A DNA stretch of 64,000 nt from Ophelia neglecta. Lineage: Eukaryota. The DNA is taken from NCBI GenBank assembly GCA_965285935.1, contig OZ260663.1, forward strand, positions 76,632,001-76,696,000, given 5' to 3'. The position numbers were made by a program, and so were the translations under genes. Each line of letters starts with the position of its first letter. Within the stretch, counting starts at the first letter, position 1. Of this stretch, positions 39,900 to 53,461 are shown one piece after another. The notes beneath the pieces are model-generated. The model made no database searches. It was not told the DNA's origin and saw only the letters and a program-made list of their open reading frames with translations.

Positions 39900-42800
39900 T
39901 CCAATGCGCCAAAAATTTACTTACGACGCTTCCTGGAAAGCTTCGTGGCAAAATCAACTGCCGGTAGCAAAAAACATACGCTTTTCTCGGAATTAAGTTT
40001 TCTAAAGAGAAGAGGAGGATATTTGTCACGAGTTATTGGCCTAATATCGATACCATTAAAACGAACGAGAAACAGCTGAGAGGAACTAGGAGACAACTAG
40101 CTGTACCAAATGTGTACACTACAGCTTACTTTAATGCAAGTGCACCAGTTGACAAATTACACAAACACTGAACAGAAATTTACTTGTGTAAATTGCACTG
40201 AGACAGACAATGAAGTTGAAGAAGAATCGGAAGCTCTGGCTTCAAGAAAGATGTGAGCTTACGGGAATTAAAAAAATCTGTGGCGGAAAGCAGCGTTAAA
40301 AGATGATTTTTGACCTGGAGGAGAAAATAATGCACTCTTTCTGCATGGTGAAGATAGACAATAATTTTCTTAAAATGGAAGCCACAGAAAGAGTGGACAT
40401 CTTGCTAAAAGCAAACTAAGGAATTAACATCATTAGTGGAAACACTAAAGGTTGAGTTCATAAGTCCAAGGAAAACCTTGGAAGTCGAGACACCCAGCAG
40501 TCGGCGATAGTCATCCAAGGGCAGGTAGACAGTCTATTAAAGAAAAACGGCCAACTAAAAACACGATACAAGAAATGTGAATTGATTCTTTAGAGTAGAT
40601 AAAAAAATCTAAATCAGGAAAGTTTGGGATGGCGACTAAATTAGAAGAGATGGAAATAAAATTCCTACAAAAATACTACAACTCCGGGGAAGATCCCCAG
40701 AGTTAGAACTGGAATTAAAGAAAGTAGAACTAGCCAAACTAAAAGAATCCTTGAAATCAAAGCCTGGAAAGCTTGAAAATAACACTGCAGATATGCAAGA
40801 GCTGAAAGACGAATGCGTGGCGCCGAAGTGAAATGTAGCCCCGGACACCAAAAGTAATATATATGCTATAGATGATACCCAACTCGGGCAAGAGAAAGTG
40901 CCAAGGGAGGATAATGAACCCAAATTCAACAGGTCCTCTTAATAGCAACCCTCAAATAAAGATTAGGGACCCTGCCAACATATCCAGAGAATGTGCTACC
41001 AAAAGGATCATCGAATATACCATAGAAGAGGCAGCCGAGGCAGTTAAAAATAAAAAAAGACCACCATTGAACCAGCTGGCATGGTACTTGATAGCAAATG
41101 ATGTCAAGACGCATGGAGCTGAAAAAGTAGCTGATCTTAAGAGGGCCAGCTCGGAAGCTTGAACTTAACCCATGGAACCGGGACATTTCTTATACCACTA
41201 TAAAAACTATAAAAAAAAAACATTTAGAATAGACTAAGGGGATTGGAAAGGTTGAAATCAAAAATAAAGCTCTCAAATAAAAGTTATAACAGAAATGCCG
41301 CAGACAAACAATGGACAGAATATCTAGATATTGTATATGGAGGCTTAAATATTACTATTACCGACATAAACCATTAAAAAACAGATAACAAAACATAAAC
41401 CAGAGCAAATATTTAATGAACTCAGGTACAGAATAAATGAAGAGGAAGTAAAACAAGCATTAAATAACATTCTAAATATAAAAAACAGTTGTAGGCAGGG
41501 GCAACACATCTCATGAAAAGATAAAACTGGGCAGCTGTCATGTTCTTGGACTTATAAAATTAGTTTTCACTGAGAGTCCTTACAAGTGGTTAGTACCAAA
41601 ACAGTTGGACAAAAAACGGTGTCATCCCACTCAAAAAAGGTGGCACTAAAGATACTTACAATTAGAGATACATCTCAATAGTTAGTTGTATGGCTAACCT
41701 TTACCGCTCTGTTCTTAATAATAGATTGACCCTGTTTATAGAAAATAAAACGTTAACATAGGACAACAAAATAAGCTAGAACAAATTATCACTTCTTTTT
41801 ACACAAAAGAAATATGCATGCATTGGTGTCTTAAAAAGTTTATGACAGTGTTCTAAGAAAAGCACAAAAATGTAAGTTGAAACAAATGGGTATTGGTGAC
41901 GTTTTTCTACAATCTATTGAGTCAATGCATGCAAACAATTTCAATTCCATTAAAATAAAAATACCATTGAGTCCTAGAAAGCAGCAAAAAAAAGTTGGCC
42001 TGCGACAGGGTGACCCTTTGAGCAAAAACCTATTTAATATCTTTATCAATGACATCCCATCCATCCTTGAAAACCATCCCAATCCCTGTAGACTGGCCAC
42101 AAAGAGGGTGTCATGTCTCTTATATGCAGATGCCATGTTGCTGCTCAGTACACCACGAAAAGGAATTCAGTCAAGGCTAGGTAGTTTGAATACTTATTGT
42201 AGCAAATGGAAACTCAGCGTTAACGATAAAAAACCAAGGTTCTGATGATAACAAAAACAACAACAAAGGAAACAAAACTTTCAATGTAGAGATTAGACAA
42301 TTGAGATAACAGATGAATATAACATTTTGGAAATCATATTTAGAAGAAATGGAACATTTAATAAAAAGCAGAGATGCCTGAGGTCCTTATCGTTAAAAAT
42401 TATTTTTTATATTAAAGAGTCGTGAGAGTATAGATATTAAAAAAGTGCAATTTCACACCTGTTTGACCAGCTGATAAAACATCTAAATTTATATGATAGT
42501 AAAATAAGGGGGTTTGAAATGCAGACGTCAGGCAAACGAGAATTTGAAGCAGCATGCGAGTCGTTAACTGCAAAAAAAAGCACAGCTTGAATTGTATGAA
42601 TATACTTCAGGGGTTCACAAAAAGACAACAAATCTAGCACGAAGGGGGGAGATTGGCACATATCCAATGAATATTCAGGTTTTTAAACAATATGCTTATA
42701 AAAGACTAGAAAATGAGTGTGATTAAAACACTCTACCGAAAGCAACTATAAGCGTTGGCAATGATATAGCTAAATAAAATGTGGTGGGTTCACTCTTAAG

Positions 42801-43548
42801 AATTTCTTTTAGAAAGCACAAGTACACCAAGATAAAGGAGAAAAACATCCCATACAGTTTAAATTGAAATTGAAAAAAAAACATTATAGGTTCTACTGGT
42901 ATGAGAATACCAAGTCTGCAAAGTTAGGAAACTAGGAAACTACTTGGAAAATGTCCGAAGTATATCTGACAAAAATGTATGGATCGGCTCAGAATCAGAA
43001 GACATGACTTGGAAACAGAAAGGGGAAGATATAGCGAAACACCAAGTTCTTAAAGTTTCTAAAAATTGTCCTGGATTAGTAAAGGAAAAACAGCATTTCA
43101 TGCGAGACTGCAAAGCTCATAAAATAGAAAGAGCTAATTTTATAAGTGAAATCTCTGGGAAATTCCCAAATTTTAAGGAAAAAAAACAATGCTCAAAAAT
43201 TTATATTTCTTTTGAATATTGAAGATGAGCTGACCAGAGTCACTGCTATAGATATACTCACAACCTTTTGAGAAAGAGGAAGACTGCAAATAGGTGTATC
43301 CTAGATTTATTTAGATAATGGTTCGGTAGTTAATATTTAGTATCTTTTGATTTGTTAAGGCTTTGTTTGATGTGCTAAGTTAAAACTTGTTACTTCATAT
43401 ACCTAGCCACTTTTTGAAGGCTATTGTGAAGTAGTACGATTAGTCCAACTTAAAACTAGTAGTTAAGTTACTCTGTATAAAACCCATTGGCTATTTGGCC
43501 CCTAGAGGGCGTAAGAACAAATTAAATTAAACCTTTGAACTTTGAAAC
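39900..43548 (+). mobile_element. Decayed non-LTR retrotransposon (LINE; RTE-X/L2/CR1-like), with frameshifts and stops
   Basis: RT motifs in order: EEEVKQAL (~41439), VIPLKKGGTKDTYN*RYISIVSCMANL (~41621), VYDSV (~41838), GLRQGDPLSKNLFNIFINDI (~41996), CLLYADAMLL (~42114), LNTYCSKWKLSVN. A-rich sense strand; 3' end attaaattaaac(ctttgaa)x2 at ~43520-43548. 5' boundary approximate. Confidence 0.85.
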
Positions 43549-45336
43549 CTCTCGTTTTGCTGCCTGGTTGAGCATAAATTGATATATATTCACATGCCCC
43601 CACTTTGCTGCTGCCATGTTCACTGCTTTGCCAGTCTAAGGAGGAGAGCCTTGATTTACCACACACGTAGCCGTATCATAAACTAAGCAAGGGTTCTGTT
43701 TCTCCGCCAGGCACTTTGATTGTAAGAAGGCTAACCACGATCAATAGAACCGAAAAAAGACAGCACCGGATTTTGTTTGAAAACAGCTTCAGATGTTTAT
43801 GCGGTTATACCAAGCCACTAATACATCGTCTACCAACTCTCGGGCTGATACGGGTAAAAAATAGTGTCGTGACCTGATAGATTGCCGGTCGACGAAAGGG
43901 GTTGTTTATGTCCGTAAAAAGAAAGGATCAATCTGCTCCCAAATTACATAATATATTGGCTGCCATCTCAATGACATTAGGCACCACCCAAGGACACTTT
44001 TAAAAAAAATCCACAGAACAAATGGGAAGAGAAAGAACTGGAACATTAACAGTACCAAAACTGTTCTACAAATTGGATCAGTTCCGAAAATGTTTGATTA
44101 CGTGATATTGCAGGAAAACCCTACGACAAAACATTGTCAGTGTAATTCAAGGTCAGTTGTCTTTATTCAAGAAACTACAATAAAATCTACAAAAAAGCTC
44201 ACATTTTAATCTTCAACCGTAACCATTCACATGGATTAAGGCTAAATCGAAAAAAAAACATTCGAAATGTGATCAATTTGAAATCCGCAAAAAACATGAA
44301 AAGACCCAAATAGCCATCCCAACGTTTGTACTGGCCCTAACCAAGGCTAAAGATGAATTGCAATATTTTCATTAAAATTATTTTGTACAATTGCAAATAA
44401 CTATATGCCCGTACATCGAAAACTCGGAGTTGAAATTTAATTCATTTATCCATCCAACGGTGGAATGGTACCTCGATTATTCATAAAAATATTAATACAA
44501 TTTTCATGAATATTCATTCCATAAAGGTTAAAAGCTGATTCATTCTTGTTAAATCAAAAAGGGCTAACTTTATCATAATAAATCTAATTTTGTCAATCCG
44601 TGGTTCACACAATGAACATTGTACCGTTACAAAGCATGTCGCACAATAATTGAATGGACATTACAAAGATAATACCTGAAAAGGTCACTGGCTTGCATGA
44701 TAAATAAACATCCGGGTATTATATAACGACCGAACAACGGAATTAATCATGAGTAGGTGTGTACCAGGTGTGTTCAAGGGCCATTTAAATGTTTATGGAT
44801 ATAGTAGGCCTATAATTAATTATATACGGTTTTGATTCCATCGCTCGTGTTAGACAAAACGAACATTCAACAGGCCGGAAAAAATCAATGATTGGCATTA
44901 TCCGATCCTTTTCTTCCCTATCAAATGATACTAATATTGTTATACATTGTAGAAGCTTATTGAGCCTGTGGGGGATTCGAGCTAATGTCCAGCGGCAAAC
45001 AAAGCGTAATACCACAAATGAACTGGAGATTTTTCTCATAAGACGGATCAGTGAATAACATTTGTGATTGGCTGGCCGTTAACATGGACACAGGGCGGCC
45101 ATGTTACTTTGTGTGTGTTAGCCGCTATTCCATTTTTAATTTGAGGGGAAGGAGCTGAAATTAAATAATCGCAAGGCGGCTGTGGATAGAAAAAAGTTGA
45201 CGTGGGGCTTGGGGTATCTCAGTTGGGGTCGGGTAATCATTTTGAGGCTGTTTTTAATGACCAGGGGGGGAGCAACTCCACATGAACCCCAGGCGTGGTT
45301 TAATGACTTGTGCGGAGCATGAAAATATGTTTACAC

Positions 45337-45710
45337 TCTACCACGTTTTCACAATAGACTACCATTTTTTTCCACTGCCTATAATTTTTCAGCCTACCCT
45401 ACCAATCTTTTTTCACCACAGACTACCATCGTCTACCGCCGCCTATTTTTCAACATCGACTACACCGCATTCTACATCCTACTATTTTTTATCATCACCT
45501 ATCATTTTTTACCACGCCTACCATTTTTCTCACTGGTCTACCACCGCTTATTTTTTACCACGGTCTACCAGTTTTTACGATGGACTACCATCGTCTACCA
45601 TTTTTTTACCACTGCCTAGAACCGCCTACCATTTTTTACCAACAGCTAACTCCGTCTACCTTTTCCTTTTTTTTCATCGGCTACCACTGCCTACCACCCA
45701 CCACCTACTA
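45337..45710. repeat. Degenerate CTACC(A)-T-run tandem repeat
   Basis: Repeated ctacca / gcctac / gactac / tctacc units separated by ttttt runs. Confidence 0.85.
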
Positions 45711-48700
45711 ATTTGGCGGTGTTCCAAGCGTCAGTTGGCCTCATTAGTTTGACACTTTCGGTAATTTGCGGGTGCCTTACATGAATGATATAAGATCACG
45801 TTGGTGTCATTATCAGCTACAGGATCGGTTCAATATAAATTTGACACCTTCGGATACATATATTAAGCTCATTCTATGGTGTCAATAGTTCGCTGTCGCA
45901 GATGTTGGTCTAAGCTATTACAGGTATACAGACATTATGCCAATCGATTGAGTATTGCATGTTTTAGGCTTTACCATATCATTCAGTCATTAGTTGCACA
46001 GCTCACCTGATCTAGGCCTAAATACATATTATTATATCAGAAATGAAAATTCCAGTTTCATTTGGAATGAAAATGTCGAAATAATCAAAACAACCATTTG
46101 CTTTGTACTTTTGCATTTATTTTTCACGTTAGCAAAGTCTGTAAAATTCACCACCAGTTTGTAGATCAATAACTTTCGTCGAAAAACATCGATTTTTCAT
46201 ATATCATATTTGTGGTGGTGTCACAAAACTCTGCTTACTTTTCTAATATTTCTTTTAAAATCAGTATTAGAAAAGGCAAGACAAGCCGATCGTCGTGCTA
46301 TTGGCACACGTGTATGAATACACGAGATAAGCATGTAACATGCTCTGTTAGCTAACATTGTCAATACGTTCTTTGGGCTAAGTGGGTCATATCTAGTTTT
46401 GTATTATAATATTGAATGTTGTCACGATGTGTGCATTTTACTCACGGATCAGAGCGCCAGCCTGGTTGGAGCCAGACTTTGATATTATACAGGCTATGGA
46501 CATCTGTATAAATGTATAACTCTCGGTATCAATTAGGTCGACTGGTAATGTGATTCTGGACGAGCTGGACCCGTAAAATCAAGGGCAAGGTTCTCCACAT
46601 ACAGGCTCAGATTAATGCGATTTATTACTTTATCACACTCGGATGCAATATCATTAGCGGCAGATTGCGACTTGTATTACTGCATGCTTGGCCAGACAGC
46701 GGTAAGTGCCACTTCTGCTCCGAGCATGCACGCCAACAACAATATGACAGCAAACAGCGCCCCGTGTTTAATAAAGTTTCGCAAGTCATTTGTAACTGAC
46801 ACCGAGAGTACTTAAATGCAAAGAGCAGGACATCAATAATATACAGATTTTTGCAGCAGATTGATATTTGCATCCTAGATGGGTTCGTTCGATTGCATTC
46901 ATTCCAGGTAATTAGCTGAGCGCATTCATATATGAAAGTCTAATGATTCGACTGATTGTAGACCGACCCTTCTAAACAATAGTCAATATAATCCTACAAC
47001 TATAGAAGAGGTTTTTCTGTTTATTGTTTGGTCATGGCAAACGTCCTTGTACGCAACGCTGATAGGCCTATGAGGTTTTACCAATTTGGGTTATCATGTG
47101 AGTAGTCCTACGCTGGTGGCTGAATCCTGCATGCTGAGCACACCTTGACCTACAGACGAGACGTAGCGCTTCTGGGAGTCAATGTCTTCTGAAGCCTCCC
47201 GAGAGTGTCAGCTGAGCTGGCCACATGTCTACCGGGTGGCGCTTTTCAATATCCCTCGTAGAGCTTATATGAATAGAACCCGGCTCGGTCGATAACAAAC
47301 CTCGTTTCTCCATTGGCTCAATCAGGCAGAGCTGGCTAGTTAGTGCAGGTCGACAGTAGCCAGCCAGGTCAAGATTGCCATCTTTGATGTCCTGTTTCCG
47401 CCTCCGACTCACTTCTTTCACCAGTAGACATATCAGCTTTCCAATTTACCCTGGACAAGCACACCGGAGCAAAGCGGCAGATTAAAGTATTATCTTAATA
47501 AATCATGATAAATCGCCAGGCTTGTATGTATCAGCTTGAACCGAACACACCCCTTGGCATTTCTTGCAATGTCTCGGATTAAGGACCGCATAGCATTTGG
47601 AACTACTAAATCTCTTGAGATCCTCAGTGTGCTGAGGTTAGCCTAGTCTCAAAATGGCCTGACATTTTTTCCCTGTGTTACCATGCTCTTAGGACATCTC
47701 TTAGGACAGATAACTAAGACCCATAAGGCTAGAAAATGCAGTCATTTGTCTGAGGTATACCAACAATCGACTACACAATCTTATTAAGGGACTGTATAGT
47801 GCCACGGCTGCGCTCCGGCAGCTTAAGCATTGCGTCACAGGAAAGCTCCAAATTCGAGTAATTGTTCCCTGTGGCCGCACCTGAAATAACCCGAGCTGTA
47901 CTAGGCATATATAGTAGGCTAATCGGTGTTCCAATTACTCGTAATACTGAACTATCAATATTATAGAATATACTATTCATGTATCAAACGCATCTTTTAT
48001 TCCTCTGTTTAAAAAGGGTATAGTTTTCCAAATAAATAAATAATTAGGATCTAAATTTACTGACTACAATGTTGGGTCATGACCTCAGTGACTAGTTAAT
48101 TCAACTGAAGACAATGCCGCATTTGACCGCCTAAGCCCGTGGGGACTATTAATGAGTGGAGCAGACACGAAGGCCTTATTGCCTACCTGTTTGGTACAAG
48201 GGAACAGCCGCCCTTAATATAACATGCAGGTCACGGCAGACGGTGATCGGCTGCGGCTACTTTGTAATATTGGCTGCTTCCTGTGGCGTCTGTCACACCC
48301 TTACAACAAATCTTAAAGTGTCAGCTAGTCTTCCATGCCTTCAGGTAGTCCCGAATGGAAAGCAGTGAGCACTGCCACTTATATTATCGCCAAACTCGTA
48401 CACGTAATTATTATGGACACAATAACAAGGCACAGAAGAAAATTTATACCATTCGGCTTTAAAAAGGTTCTTTCGTGTAATCGTCCGTTACCTAATAAAA
48501 TGCAATAAAGAAAATAATAAATAAATGCCTTGCATGTGGTGCAATCAAAATAAGTATGAGGCAGATATGGTTTATTTAGAGTGCTTTTATTATATTTATA
48601 TTTATTATTGTTTTTCTTTATAAAATAGATACCAGTTCTGCTAGGCTATATTGTTAGTAGATATTTTGTCCCTTGTGTAATGTATTGTGATATACGTATC

Positions 48701-51382
48701 ATATGAACTATTTAGGGAGCAGACACTCCACGCATCAGAACTAGATCATTTGGCGACAGTTTTCGGTCTTTGAGCTTGTTGAGGTGGGCGATATGTCAGC
48801 GATCAAGAGGATTTAAAGCTCAAGGGCTCAGATCGACAGGTAGCCGCAAGCTAGAGCGTTTATTCTTTCCTTGCCAGGCTACTTCAATAACCACTGCCCG
48901 ACAGGTCAATTTATTTTGCGGTGGAGTCAAGCACATCTCAAGAGGCTGGTGAGATAAATGCTTCTTGGCGTGTGATTTTCCTCACTCGAGGACGCCTGGA
49001 ATGATTAACTGTACCTCGGGGGTCGACAGGTGAGTCTGGCAATAGCAAACCATAACATTTATCTCCATTTCTCTCCGAGACAACAGTAACCGTCATCGTC
49101 GCGCTTGACAGAATGAAATCAAACAAGAATGCAACAAGGGAATACAGTGTCGGAGAGGCAGAGATAAGGTGGAGCGTGGGAAAGATCTTTAAATAAATTA
49201 GCGTGAAATTGGTTGCAAGGTCTTGGTAGCTTTAGGAAGCTAAGGCTATACGAATACTGCTTTTTGTGACAACTTATAGGCCTATATTAGACGGGACCTA
49301 GCACCGATGTAAGCGTTCTAAGCGGCTGCCTAACGTGCTGTGGCGCGAAATGCGTCCAAGAGAAAACAAGATACTCGCTGGAGCAGACACATTACTATCC
49401 CTGGAAAGATGAAGTCGGGCCTATCAGTTAGCTTTGACGAGTAGTTACCAAGGGAGATTCGGCTTGGAACAGGATCATCTTGCTCATTGCTGTAAGTACT
49501 CTCGCTCGAAAATCAATAGGAATTCGGCTTCAAGAGCGGCGTTCATATAGGCCTATTTGGCAGTCTCTTGTTGGAAAGCTGAACAATAATGCAGCTCTTA
49601 CCCCCCTGCATTCGGAAACGACCCTTTGGTGTAAAATCAATGTTTCGATGACGCTAGAGACTCCAAATGGTTCTGTGATTTCCGCCCTCTATCCTACAAT
49701 CTGCCAACAAAGCGTGATATACATGCCAATTTATACAAATAGTATAATTAGCCAACATGACACCCATGGTAATGAATGGTAGTTACCAGTCGCTTGTTAA
49801 TCAAAGAAAAATACTGCAAAATAGTACAAATTAATTAAACGTAAAAATGGTTGTTCCATAAAGAATGAGCATGTTGCCAGAAAGGAAACTGCTTTCCACC
49901 ATTCAATACTTTCATTATTTTTGGAAAGCAGAGTCATTAAAGGTCTCGGAAGAGGCATTATTGTATGCTTATCTGTGAGGTTATTTATTAGAATCTCAAT
50001 CGTTTATACACATTAACCTCTAAACTCGATTAGTCAAACATTGCAGCAATGGGACAATTCAAGGCCGCGCGATACGTTTAACACGAGTGTGGTGAAGAGC
50101 GTAAAAAAACGAGGACACTCGTCGTTTAATCGAGCGACTGACTCTGCCTCTTTTCAGTCAGTCAGACAGGTCAACGCGAGTGCTTCGAATTTTGTTGATT
50201 TATTTTAGTTTGAGGAAGTTAAAGCAGTGGTCTAACTATAACCCCCCAAAATAATACAGGACATGTTACATCTTCTGAGCAGAGATCACTGAGTAAAACA
50301 TGGAAAATATCCTTTGCAAGAAAGAAAATATTAATAAGAAAGAAATGCTGTCTGAAAAAGTGGCTAGAGATTGTGCTTATAGAGAAAGATCGCTGGGAGA
50401 GAAAATGCTTTCAAAGAAAAATGGGGCACGATCAGATAGTAAGATAGTAATAATCGCGGAGACGGTGTTACAAAACAAAAGCTTTATATATATTTCGCAA
50501 CACAATATATCACGACATGGCATGTTTCAGCGACATGATAAAATGACCCTACCGCCATTGATGCCTAAAGGACAGTAGATGTTGCAAATGGACAGGCGAT
50601 AGCCAGTATGCGATCTTGGGCATGTTGACCTGCAGTCGATGAGCCCGAAAGAGACCTCGAGCGGCAAAGCTAATTTTTCACGACAGAAACACCTCTTGAA
50701 TAGTGTGACACTGTGCTATGCCCGCTGTGAATATATTTACTTAGACCAAGATGGCTACGCCACAGCAATGGAAGCATAAAATACACGTGCAAATCAATGA
50801 ATACTCGTGATAATTACGTTTGCTGTCCTAGTAAACGCTATCCCCGCAAAGCAACGTGCAGGGACGCAATTTTCCAGATGCCATTGGACGCAGACTTTTA
50901 TTAAAAACTTGTCAGACTTGGTGAGAATGTTGGTTTAAAATAGTTCTTCGATCATAAAAATACGATTGCTTCAGCATTCTTGTGTTTGCACCCGATTCTT
51001 TCCATGTCTGGTGACCAATAGTCCTGATACCGTATATATACTAAGTTCACGGGCAGGTCACTTATTCCAACATATGAAAAAAGTTCAATAATTATCAAAT
51101 TTTCTATGTATTATTTAATCCCCCCCCCCCCTAGTCACCAAGTAAAAAAAAACATTAATCTTTGTTTGATAGTACTTCAGAATATGATGCTTAAAAATTG
51201 CAATAAAATTATATTATTTTCAAGTTGTATACCAAAAGACATTTGCCCCTGTAAATATGTCAGCATTTCTTTTTTTTATAGAAATCTGCGATGAGGTTTA
51301 TCTAGCTTTATTAGACAGGTTCGCTACCTTCATTGGATTTGGAATTCGTGTTTATAAAAGTAAGGGAGTAATTGTCGAGAAC

Positions 51383-51424
51383 CAGAGCACTTTGACCTTT
51401 GCTCAGAGCACTTTGACCTTTACT
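51383..51424. repeat. 21-bp tandem duplication
   Basis: cagagcactttgaccttt(g/a)ct x2. Confidence 0.85.
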
Positions 51425-52963
51425 CAATTTCTATCGTAGCTCGTGCTGGGTGCGGCTGTAATGACGGGCCTGCACGCGAGCATCCTGGTGACCTCACCCA
51501 GAACCTAATATCAGGGTGATACCTGTACTGCAGAGCAGCACATTGCTGACGAAGGCGGTAAAGAACGTGTGATCTTGAAGGGCTCTCATAGGTATAAAAA
51601 AGGATCGCAATCTGATTTCACAAGCTGAAAAATAAAAGCGTATTGATATTGTCCTGATTTTCTAAGTTTCTAAGAAGTCGGCTTTAAGTTATGGTAGTCC
51701 CCTGGGTGGAAGGTCTCCACGAGACTCGGCAGTTCCAAGCTGTCCAATCACTTGTATTCTTTGTCAACCGATCGTGACTTTTTTGTACATTATGGATCCT
51801 GTCTCGAAATCATGGTTTATTACATTCCCGGTCTTACATTACTCGTATCTTTCGTCCCGGACACTTATAACACTGTGGTTATTACCAAAGGGTTTAAAGT
51901 GCAGAGGACTTGATAAACAGATTTGCGATCCAAATGGCAAATGAATGCAACATCAATAACGGACATATTTGCATGGCAAAACATCTTTCGAAATACAACT
52001 TGATAACTAATACCTTTAGTACACTTTTGAGCCGAATATCTTAAATTATCAAGCACAAGTTTATGAGAAGAAGGCGTTGCAGCATAAAGCAAGAAATTGA
52101 CAATTTACCAGGCGTGTTGTTCGAGAGCACTGCCATATATCATATGGCAAATTTGCAACCCAATAGGAAATTGAGTTGGGCATGCATCAGTGTTTTGGCT
52201 ATGTTTGAACAATACGCAAACTATCGATTCTGCAGAACAATGGCAAACGATGAAATAAAAGAGCCAAGGCCCCGCCACTACTACAGACATAAAAGCAAAT
52301 AAACACAAACACTGAACGGTTGGGCCTTATTAGCGACCGCGGCACTAATTTGGTTGACCCCGGCGACTCTATTTAGGAATAAATTGATGCAATTGAAAGT
52401 TCTACAAGTACAACGTTCATTTACAATTACCTATTTCAAACAGTTTAAGACACTTAACCAGTAGAGTTCCTATTCATATTTCCATTTAACTAGAATATTA
52501 TTTCCTACCCCCTTTGCATTATGAGACCCATATTTTCCAAATCTCAAAGCTCATTCGTTTCGAATCGGGGTTGCAACATACTCCGCGACAGTGGGTCCAT
52601 CGGATGCCCATAAAAGGCAAATGAAAATGTGAAGTCATATGGATACGTACTTGACTCTATATCCCTCTTTTCCAATACACCATTGGTGTGATTGCTATGA
52701 GATAAAGCAAGGCTGTCTCAATGCCGCCGGCCCCCATCTCCACCCACCTCCACCATACAGGGTCAATACTTTCACTACGTCCCATCAGCGGCTATCCCTG
52801 ATTCGTGAAAGAGGCCTTACTTCTTTTTTCTTTGATCGTAAATTCAATGATATCAACTTGCTTGAGAAACAACTTAGTCAAAACTATCGAAAAATCTAAA
52901 AATAAAGAATAAGACCAAAGCCCCCCCACCCCCACCCCCACCCCGGAACTTTTTTTCTAACTT

Positions 52964-53461
52964 TGTATGGTTGAAGCAGAAATAATTAATTGATTAATGA
53001 TAACATTAAGAAGGTTCAAGGTGGTTTCTTATAAGATTTATGACACAGGAACTTCAAATCAGATGCTCAGATCTGATTTCGGCTGCGCAGTACCATAATC
53101 CGTTTGAGGACTCAGACCTGTTAAAGAGGTCATCTTATACCAATGAATACATATCCATGTACTCTATAAATAATAAAATCCAGCGAGGATTTACCAGCCC
53201 CTCTCTCGATACAGTAATCTTCGGCTCAGCCAGTAACTTCCGGCCCAGACTTTCTCTTGACCAAACAGCTGTAGCGTCGGTATTTTTCGACGCCAACATC
53301 TTCGTAAAACTATGGCATCAAATTTGCTTCCAAGTATCCTTATTAAAATGTCTTAGTCCGGCTTCAAGTATAACCGGCCTCCGCTCTTTACCCTTTCTCA
53401 TTCTCATTCCACGGTTTAACTGCCTTTATTTATTTTCGGACTGTAAAACTACGGCCTTACA
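52964..53461 (-). mobile_element. Candidate solo LTR (~500 bp)
   Basis: Minus strand starts TGTAAGG and ends CCATACA (6/7 inverted match, TG...CA). No matching 4-6 bp TSD seen. Confidence 0.25.

Noticed and set aside
45282-45752. 156-aa ORF
   Set aside because: Low-complexity translation of the CTACC repeat.
50630-50660. tcgatgagcccgaaa hammerhead-like string
   Set aside because: The core lacks the invariant CUGA and no stems are evident.
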